32,017 nt of DNA from Candidatus Diapherotrites archaeon CG10_big_fil_rev_8_21_14_0_10_31_34 (lineage in GTDB: Archaea > Iainarchaeota > Iainarchaeia > Iainarchaeales > 1-14-0-10-31-34): assembly GCA_002763225.1 (NCBI GenBank), contig PFAI01000057.1, positions 10,090 through 42,106 of the forward strand. Reading direction: 5' to 3'. A model generated the notes under the pieces. The model was not told the DNA's origin. It saw only the letters and a list, made by a program, of their open reading frames with translations, and did no database searches. The position numbers and the translations under genes are program-made. This document shows, one piece after another, positions 26,347-32,017 of this stretch; within the stretch, counting starts at the first letter, position 1; the number at the start of each line of letters is the position of its first letter.

Positions 26347-27861
26347 ATGGAATTCAGAGTAAGAAAAGGCCCTTGGGACAAAATTTTTTCAGGAAACCTT
26401 GAAGGGTTTGAAGTCGAAATGTATTCAAATACTGAAGGATTAATTCTTGTTTCAGTTTTAGAAAAAGAAAACGAGGAAATTCAGGGAAGCGTAATAGAAA
26501 TATTTAAAGTGTTTCATGCAGAAGGAAGCGTTGAAGATTTTCTTGAAACACTTCCAAAAGAAGCAACAGCAATATTCAAGCATGAACCAAAAGAAACAAT
26601 TAAATTCCTGCTGTTAAGCTCTTCTCCAAGTTATGTTAAATACGAAGAAAATGTTTTTTGTGATGAAGCAGATAAATTAATGGAAAAATTAATTACTTCT
26701 TCTTCAACAATAAAAGAGTTTTCCAAAGCATATGACTTGCAGTTAATTGAAATAGAAAAATCTCCTGAAAGAATTAGGAGTTCGTTTTTTTCTCATCCTT
26801 TAATTGTTCCATTGCTTAGCCCAAAAGAAATGCCCGGAATAAATAATAACAGAGAAACAAGAAGTTCTTCTCAAGAAATAGTTTCAGGCAAAGGAAGTGT
26901 AATGCTTGGGTTAACTAAAGGAGGAACAATGATTAACGAACCATTAAATTTAATGATGAAAACAACTATTTTTGGTTCAACCCCAAAAGACAGAAAACAT
27001 GTAATTCATTTGATTGCAGAAGGGGCCTTAATGAGTTCAACTCCAGCAGTATTATTTGACTGGGATAAAAGTTTTTTGGGATTAAACAGACCTAACCCTG
27101 AAGCAAAATTACTGAAAGACTATAAAGTGGATTTAGAGCCAATAGGTTTCCCAATAAAACATTTTACCAGAGACCAGGTTCATGTCGATTTAAATTTGAT
27201 TACAGTTAAAGGCTTGCTTGAATTAATTGGATTAAAAGAAGGAGAAGAACAGCAAATAATTTCAAAATTAATCAAAGACAAAAAACCTAATTCAATGGAA
27301 GAATTAATTGCTGCGGCAAAAAAAATTGAGTTAAGGGATGAAGCAAAAATAACAAACAAATACCGTGCAATAAGAATTTTGAGTTTAATTAGCCATAAAT
27401 ACAAAGGATTGTTTGGAGGAAAAAACGAAATAAAAGAAATTTCAAAAGAATGGGGCAAGTCAATTGGGAAAGTAGGAATAATCCATATGGAAGGATTAGA
27501 TGAATTTGCTTCAACTTTATTGATTCATAATTTGCTTAAAGGAATTTCAGTGGAATACAGCAAAACAGGAAAAGGAATAAATTCTTTTGTTTTGCTTCCA
27601 GAAATAAAAGAAGTTTTGGGTTCAAAAGACCAGTCAATTATGACAACAGAAATAATTGATTTACTGAATAAATTAAAATCAGTTGGAGTAGGATTTGCTT
27701 TAAGCTCTGACAGGCCAATTGACTTAAGAAAAGAAGTAATGAAAATCTCTGAAGCAGAAATCTTTTTAATTAACAGAAATGATGTTGGAGTAAAAGTCGC
27801 AAAAAGCAAGCAGTTCAGAATCAAATTAAGACCAGGCTTAAGCGCCTGCGAAGAAAAATAA
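26347..27861 (+). CDS. HerA/FtsK-superfamily-like P-loop protein (504 aa) with a non-canonical Walker A
   Basis: ATG at 26347 lies 3 nt after gtgat (26339-26343). The segment MLGLTKGGTMINEPLNLMMKTTIFGSTPKDRKHVIHLIAEGAL...AVLFDWDKSFLGL follows the HerA/DUF87 pattern around the P-loop (LG..G...v.l.l....h..I.G.TGSGKS.....l.e......vlifD..gEy). The GxxxxGK[ST] signature itself reads GSTPKDRK (nt 26974-27000). The C-terminal FRIKLRPGLS resembles HerA-type C-termini. This assignment is by eye only. Confidence 0.45.
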   Translation: MEFRVRKGPWDKIFSGNLEGFEVEMYSNTEGLILVSVLEKENEEIQGSVIEIFKVFHAEGSVEDFLETLPKEATAIFKHEPKETIKFLLLSSSPSYVKYEENVFCDEADKLMEKLITSSSTIKEFSKAYDLQLIEIEKSPERIRSSFFSHPLIVPLLSPKEMPGINNNRETRSSSQEIVSGKGSVMLGLTKGGTMINEPLNLMMKTTIFGSTPKDRKHVIHLIAEGALMSSTPAVLFDWDKSFLGLNRPNPEAKLLKDYKVDLEPIGFPIKHFTRDQVHVDLNLITVKGLLELIGLKEGEEQQIISKLIKDKKPNSMEELIAAAKKIELRDEAKITNKYRAIRILSLISHKYKGLFGGKNEIKEISKEWGKSIGKVGIIHMEGLDEFASTLLIHNLLKGISVEYSKTGKGINSFVLLPEIKEVLGSKDQSIMTTEIIDLLNKLKSVGVGFALSSDRPIDLRKEVMKISEAEIFLINRNDVGVKVAKSKQFRIKLRPGLSACEEK

Positions 27862-27868
27862 TTATTTA

Positions 27869-27897
27869 ACAAACAAGCCTTCTTTTTCGTTGTTTGT
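27869..27897 (+). terminator. Possible terminator: 8-bp inverted repeat acaaacaa / ttgtttgt around a loop containing T5
   Basis: Read directly, starting 8 nt after the stop at 27861. The arms are at 27869-27876 and 27890-27897, and the loop is gccttctttttcg. Archaeal termination commonly uses oligo-T tracts. The stem is weak and AT-rich. Confidence 0.25.
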
Positions 27898-27961
27898 CGT
27901 TGCATTTACTTTAAATATTCTTTGTTGAAAAAATTATTTCAATGAAAAACTGTTCTTTTGA

Positions 27962-27990
27962 GTGAACAAAATGTTTTTATATGTGAACAA
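27962..27990 (+). promoter_or_regulatory. Direct repeat gtgaacaaa x2, 20 nt apart start to start, overlapping the 5' end of the wHTH-nucleotidyltransferase gene; candidate operator
   Basis: Read directly: identical 9-mers at 27962-27970 and 27982-27990, downstream of a TATA-like tttaaatatt (about 27911-27920). The adjacent gene encodes its own winged-helix domain, so autoregulation is plausible. Confidence 0.3.
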
Positions 27991-28561
27991 ACAATATTAT
28001 TGTATGGATAAAATTGATTTTCTTAACAAGGATTCTTTTGATGTTTTAGAGCTTTTAATTAAAAAAAAACAGTATTTAAGAGAATTAGCAGAAAAATCCG
28101 GTTTAGCACCAAGTTCTGTTCATAAAATAATGAATAAACTTTATTCAAAAAAAATTGTTTTAGCAGAAAAAACAAAGAACCTGAAATTTTTTTCATTAAA
28201 TTATGATTCTCCTTTAACTGCAAGCATTTTAAGAATTATTTTTATCAGCAAAATAACTGACTGCAAAGGATTCAAGAAACTGGTTAAACTAAATCCTTTA
28301 GGAATTTATTTGTTTGGAAGCACTTCAAAAGGAAAAATAATGAAAGACAGTGATATTGATTTAGCGGTTTTTTTCAGAAAAAAACCTGATTCAATCGGTT
28401 TAACAGGCATTAAAAGAGAATTAAGCAGTGAACTGGAAAAAGAAATACAGTTAATTGTGTTAACTGAAAACAAGATTAATTCAATGAAAAAAGAAAAAAC
28501 TTTGTTGTTGGAAGAAATAAAAAACAATTCAGTTGTGTTGTTTGGTGAAGAACTTGAATGA
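27971..28561 (+). CDS. Winged-helix DNA-binding domain fused to a minimal nucleotidyltransferase (MNT-type antitoxin-like)
   Basis: The NTase signature is GIYLFGSTSKGKIMKDSDIDLAVFF (G-S-x9-10-D-x-D). The N-terminal FDVLELLIKKKQYLRELAEKSGLAPSSVHKIMNKLYSKKIV looks like a wHTH. The start is ambiguous: GTG at 27962 (ORF track), ATG at 27971 (preceded by gagtga, chosen here), or ATG at 28004. Confidence 0.8.
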   Translation: MFLYVNKQYYCMDKIDFLNKDSFDVLELLIKKKQYLRELAEKSGLAPSSVHKIMNKLYSKKIVLAEKTKNLKFFSLNYDSPLTASILRIIFISKITDCKGFKKLVKLNPLGIYLFGSTSKGKIMKDSDIDLAVFFRKKPDSIGLTGIKRELSSELEKEIQLIVLTENKINSMKKEKTLLLEEIKNNSVVLFGEELE

Positions 28562-28997
28562 AGTTGAAGATTGCTTTGAAAAAGGATTGCTTAAGAAAAC
28601 TGAAAAAAACAAAAGAATAGCTTTGCAGGATATTTCCCAAGCTGAATTCTTTTTGAATGAAGCCTTTGATTTGATTAACTTAAAGAAAAAAGAAATGGCC
28701 GCAATTGCATTATATAATTCAGTTTTTCATGCCGGAAGAGCCCTGCTTTTTCTTGACGGAATAAAAGAAAAAAGCCATTACTGCATGCAAAAATACTTGG
28801 AAAAAATTTCTGCAGACAAAAAAATCCTTTCCTCTGAAGAGTTATCTTTGTTTGACTTATTAAGAGGAATAAGACAAGAAGTCCAATATAATATAAACAA
28901 AGTAAGCTTTGAAGAAAATTTTAATGAACTTTATAATAAAAGCGAAGATTTCACAGAAAAAATAAAAAAAATTGTTTTGTCAGCAAAAAAACAGTAA
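28533..28997 (+). CDS. HEPN-domain protein (toxin-like partner of the nucleotidyltransferase)
   Basis: It is an all-helical ~150-aa protein immediately downstream of, and overlapping, an MNT gene, which is the classic MNT-HEPN arrangement. Supporting sequence includes ALYNSVFHAGRALLFLDGI and LLRGIRQEVQY at the position of the HEPN R-x4-6-H motif. There is no in-frame ATG near the 5' end. Candidate starts are TTG 28533, TTG 28542, GTG 28545 and TTG 28554; the last lies 5 nt after ggtga (28544-28548) and is probably the true start. Confidence 0.7.
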   Translation: MCCLVKNLNEVEDCFEKGLLKKTEKNKRIALQDISQAEFFLNEAFDLINLKKKEMAAIALYNSVFHAGRALLFLDGIKEKSHYCMQKYLEKISADKKILSSEELSLFDLLRGIRQEVQYNINKVSFEENFNELYNKSEDFTEKIKKIVLSAKKQ

Positions 28998-29008
28998 ATT
29001 ACTGGTTG

Positions 29009-29497
29009 TTATTTTTTCTTTTTTGGTTTTTCTGATTTAGAAACAGTTTTTTGATTTGAAACTAAATCTTTTACCTGATCTAAAGTAACAAACTCTAATG
29101 GATTAATTGCTTCAACAATATATTTTAACTCTTTTAAGTCTTCGAATTTAGCGTATTTTTCATTTAATTTGCTTAAATCAGTTTTAACTTCATTTAACAT
29201 AAACTCATTTTGCCTGACTTTTTCCTGTAATTCATCTAAAGCATCTTTTAATTCCATTGACATTTCTCCTGAAACAGAAGACAAACCAGAAGCAGAAGGC
29301 TTTTTTTGTTCAACTGCTTTAAGTTTTTTATTTAAAATAATAAAATTTCTTCCAAGAATTTTTTCATTTCTAACCAAATAATTCATTTTTTGGCTTAAAA
29401 GGAGTACAGAGCTGTTTAATGCCTTGATATCCCTGATAATATCTTCCATTGAATAGCCTGAAGTAACTGTATCAGATGACCTTCTTCTATGAGGCAT
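29009..29497 (-). CDS. Coiled-coil protein (162 aa) with a Lys-rich C-terminus, function unknown
   Basis: The + strand is T-rich across the ORF. The protein has heptad-like repeats (ELKDALDELQEKVRQNEFMLNEVKTDLSKLNEKYAKFEDLKELK) and the tail KSEKPKKKK. It is convergent with the HEPN gene (11-nt gap) and divergent from polB (63-nt gap). Confidence 0.65.
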   Translation of the reverse strand: MPHRRRSSDTVTSGYSMEDIIRDIKALNSSVLLLSQKMNYLVRNEKILGRNFIILNKKLKAVEQKKPSASGLSSVSGEMSMELKDALDELQEKVRQNEFMLNEVKTDLSKLNEKYAKFEDLKELKYIVEAINPLEFVTLDQVKDLVSNQKTVSKSEKPKKKK

Positions 29498-29560
29498 AAT
29501 GCTAAATATAATGTTTTATGTTTTAATAAACTTTTGTCTTTGATTTAATAAAGAGAAAAA

Positions 29561-31984
29561 ATGAAAATCAAAGGACTTTTATTAGATATAGATTCTATTC
29601 TGGAAAACAATCAAAGCATTATAAGATTATTTGTCAAAACAGAGAAAAAAATAGAAATCTTTAAAGACAAAAACTTTCTGCCTTATTTATTTGTTGAAGT
29701 AAAAGACAAAAAAAAAGCTGAAAAAGAAATTTTAATGCATGAATTCAAAGACAGCGAAAAAAAAGTTAAAGCATTAAAAGTAGAAGAATGGAAAGAATAC
29801 TTAAAAGTTTATTTTAATTCAACAACTGATTTGGTTTTAGCAAGAACAACAATAAAAGAATTAGATGAAGTAACAGAAAAACGGGAATTTGACCTGATTT
29901 TTACTTTAAGGTATTTGATTGACAAAGGATTAGAGCCATTAAATGGAATTGAATTAGAATTAAAAGAAAACACAATAATTTCAGTAAAAAAATTTGAGTT
30001 AGAAAAACTTGATTTAGATTTTCTTGCATTTGACTTGGAAACTTATTCAAAAGGAAACTTCAGCGATGCAAGAAAAGACCCAATTCTTATGTGCGCTGTA
30101 ACCTTTAAACCTTTTGAAAAAAGCTTTACCAAAAACAAAAGGTTAAACAAAAACAGCGAACCACAAACCCAGATTATTACAACAAAAAAAGGTTCAAATG
30201 TTTTGCTTGTAAAAGACGAAAAAGAAATAATTGAAAAACTAAAAGAAAAAATACATGGAAAAGATATATTGATTACTTACAATGGAGATTCATTTGATTT
30301 GCCTTATGTAAAAGAAAGGGCAGGAAAGTTTCACACAAGATTTAATATTGGATTAGATGGAAGCGAACCAGTAATCAGGAGAAAAGGGTTATATAATGCA
30401 ACAAAAATCAAAGGAATACAGCATTTTGATGCATATCAATTAGTAAGAATTTTAGCAAGATTTGGAATAATTAATTCAATTAAATATGATTTAGAAACAG
30501 TTGTTAATTCATTGTATGGAATAAAAAAAGAAAAAATTCAGGCAAAAGAAATAACTGAAATCTGGGAAACAGGAAAAGATTTTGAAAAACTCTTAAAATA
30601 TAATTATGAAGATTCTCTTTACACTTTTAAGATTGCAATAGATTTTCTGCCTTTAATGGTTGAATTAGGAAAAATAACTAAACAAACTTTGTTTGAAGTA
30701 AACCGAAGTTCAGCGAGTGACATGGTTGAAAAGCTTTTGATAAACAAAAGCTTTAAAGAAGGAATTTTGTTTCCAAACAAACCAAACGAAGAAGAAATCA
30801 AAAAAAGAATGATTAAATCCTTTAAAGGCGGGTTTGTAAGAGAGCCGATTGCAGGACTGCATGAAAATTTAGCTGTACTGGATTTTAGAAGCCTTCATCC
30901 AAGCATTATGATTTCACATAATGTTTCTCCTGAAACATTAAACTGCGAATGCTGCAAGAACGGCAAGCATGTTTCTCCTGAAGGAGACTGGTTTTGCGAA
31001 AACAAAAAAGGCTTTCTGCCTTCAGTTCAGCAGGAACTGCTGGAAAAAAGAACTGAATTAAAAAAGCAGTTAAAACAAGAATCAAATGAATTAAAAAAAA
31101 CTGTTTTGAACTCAAGACAGCACGCATTAAAAATTTTGTTAAACAGCTTTTACGGCTATTTAGGTTATGAAAGAAGCAGATGGTATTCTTTTGAATCAGC
31201 TAAAGCAGTTACTGCTTGGAGCAGGTATTATATCAAAGAAATTGCAAGAAAAGCAGAAGAAAACGGTTTTATTGTAATTGGCGGAGACACTGATTCAGCT
31301 TTCATCAAAATTCCTGAAGGAAAAACAAAAAAAGATGTGGTAGAGTTTGTAAAAAAAAGCAATTCAGAACTTCCAGGAGTAATGGAATTAGAATTAGAAG
31401 GATTTTTTAAAAGAGGAATTTTTGTTACAAAAAAAGACGGAGGAAAAGCAGCAAAAAAAAGATATGCGTTAATTGACGAAAAAGATAAAATAAAAATTGT
31501 TGGGTTTGAATATGTTAGAAGAGACTGGAGTGGAATAGCAAAAAAAACCCAGAAAAAAGTTTTGGAATTAATTTTAAAACAAGGAAAACCAAAACAAGCA
31601 ATAGAAGAAGTGAAAAAAGTGATTGAAGAATTAAAAACAGGCAAAACAGGAAAAAAAGATTTGGTTATTTTTTCTCAGATAAAAAAATCAATTACAAGCT
31701 ATGATAATATTGGACCACATGTAAGTGCGGCAAAAAAAGCAATTAAAAAAGGAAAAGCATTAGGAGCAGGAAGCATTATTGGTTATATTATTACTAAAAA
31801 TGGTAAAAGCATTTCAGACAGGGCTGAATTAGAAGAATTTGTTGAAGAAGGAAACTACGACTCAGATTACTACATAACACACCAAGTTATTCCTGCTGTC
31901 ATTAAAATCATTCAGGAATTCGGCTATAACGAAAAAGACTTGATTCACGGAGGAAAACAAAGTAATTTAAGTGCTTTCGGTTAA
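29561..31984 (+). CDS. polB: Archaeal-type family B DNA polymerase (807 aa)
   Basis: All canonical motifs are present. Exo I is FDLET, Exo II is YNGDSFDLPY and Exo III is YNYEDSLYTF. Motif A is DFRSLHPSIMISHN, motif B is KILLNSFYGYLGY and motif C is IGGDTDS. Also present are KKRYALID...VRRDW, N-terminal IRLF...FLPYLFV and RYLIDKGL, and C-terminal YYITHQVIPAV. These are collinear with Pyrococcus/Thermococcus Pol as I remember those sequences. Confidence 0.93.
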   Translation: MKIKGLLLDIDSILENNQSIIRLFVKTEKKIEIFKDKNFLPYLFVEVKDKKKAEKEILMHEFKDSEKKVKALKVEEWKEYLKVYFNSTTDLVLARTTIKELDEVTEKREFDLIFTLRYLIDKGLEPLNGIELELKENTIISVKKFELEKLDLDFLAFDLETYSKGNFSDARKDPILMCAVTFKPFEKSFTKNKRLNKNSEPQTQIITTKKGSNVLLVKDEKEIIEKLKEKIHGKDILITYNGDSFDLPYVKERAGKFHTRFNIGLDGSEPVIRRKGLYNATKIKGIQHFDAYQLVRILARFGIINSIKYDLETVVNSLYGIKKEKIQAKEITEIWETGKDFEKLLKYNYEDSLYTFKIAIDFLPLMVELGKITKQTLFEVNRSSASDMVEKLLINKSFKEGILFPNKPNEEEIKKRMIKSFKGGFVREPIAGLHENLAVLDFRSLHPSIMISHNVSPETLNCECCKNGKHVSPEGDWFCENKKGFLPSVQQELLEKRTELKKQLKQESNELKKTVLNSRQHALKILLNSFYGYLGYERSRWYSFESAKAVTAWSRYYIKEIARKAEENGFIVIGGDTDSAFIKIPEGKTKKDVVEFVKKSNSELPGVMELELEGFFKRGIFVTKKDGGKAAKKRYALIDEKDKIKIVGFEYVRRDWSGIAKKTQKKVLELILKQGKPKQAIEEVKKVIEELKTGKTGKKDLVIFSQIKKSITSYDNIGPHVSAAKKAIKKGKALGAGSIIGYIITKNGKSISDRAELEEFVEEGNYDSDYYITHQVIPAVIKIIQEFGYNEKDLIHGGKQSNLSAFG

Positions 31985-31995
31985 AGTGATATTAA

Positions 31996-32017
31996 TGGAA
32001 AAAGAAGAATTTGAAAA
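31996..32017 (+). CDS. Possible 5' end of a further gene (MEKEEFE...), truncated by the window edge
   Basis: ATG at 31996 lies 4 nt after gtgat (31986-31990), the same SD-to-start geometry seen at several genes here. Only 22 nt are visible. Confidence 0.3.

Noticed and set aside
27525-27905. The minus-strand 126-aa ORF overlapping the 3' end of the HerA-like gene, and the plus-strand ORF 26087..26338 overlapping the acidic coiled-coil gene.
   Set aside because: Both are antisense shadows of better-supported genes. They lack start-site context and have low-complexity translations.
1-32017. I looked for tRNA or rRNA genes, CRISPR arrays, transposases, integrases, terminal inverted repeats, and a casposon or provirus context for the polymerase.
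   Set aside because: The intergenic gaps are all 142 nt or shorter and show no cloverleaf-like or repeat-spacer structure. No ORF carries recombinase, Cas1 or capsid-like motifs that I can recognise. The polymerase has the full replicative archaeal PolB motif set rather than a protein-primed type.

Overview
The window is AT-rich and almost entirely coding, and it looks archaeal. The evidence is a family B DNA polymerase with Thermococcales-like motifs, GGTGAT-type Shine-Dalgarno sites 3-6 nt before starts, and TATA-like boxes. A small-genome, DPANN-like episymbiont is my inference, not something shown. About two thirds of the window (1641-23302) is three consecutive same-strand paralogous giant genes of 2510, 2278 and 2397 aa. 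Each encodes a conserved ~41-43 aa N-terminal leader, one TM anchor, an array of carboxypeptidase-regulatory-like beta-sandwich repeats, a Cys-marked central region, and a conserved C-terminal module I cannot assign to a family. Giants 2 and 3 also carry internal hydrophobic segments that giant 1 lacks. After a 101-nt gap comes a six-gene operon with spacers from a 1-nt overlap to 3 nt. It encodes three paralogous small membrane proteins sharing a [KR]G[NY]LG[ST] motif, a fourth small membrane protein, a very basic soluble protein, and a membrane protein with a His-rich tail. I propose this ~24-kb block as a candidate undescribed cell-surface or cell-contact system. The rest of the window holds two minus-strand coiled-coil proteins, a HerA/FtsK-like protein with a broken Walker A, a wHTH-nucleotidyltransferase/HEPN toxin-antitoxin pair, and the polymerase, which has His in place of the steric-gate Tyr. 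I saw no tRNA, rRNA, CRISPR array, transposase or integrase. All family assignments come from motif recognition by eye; no searches were run.
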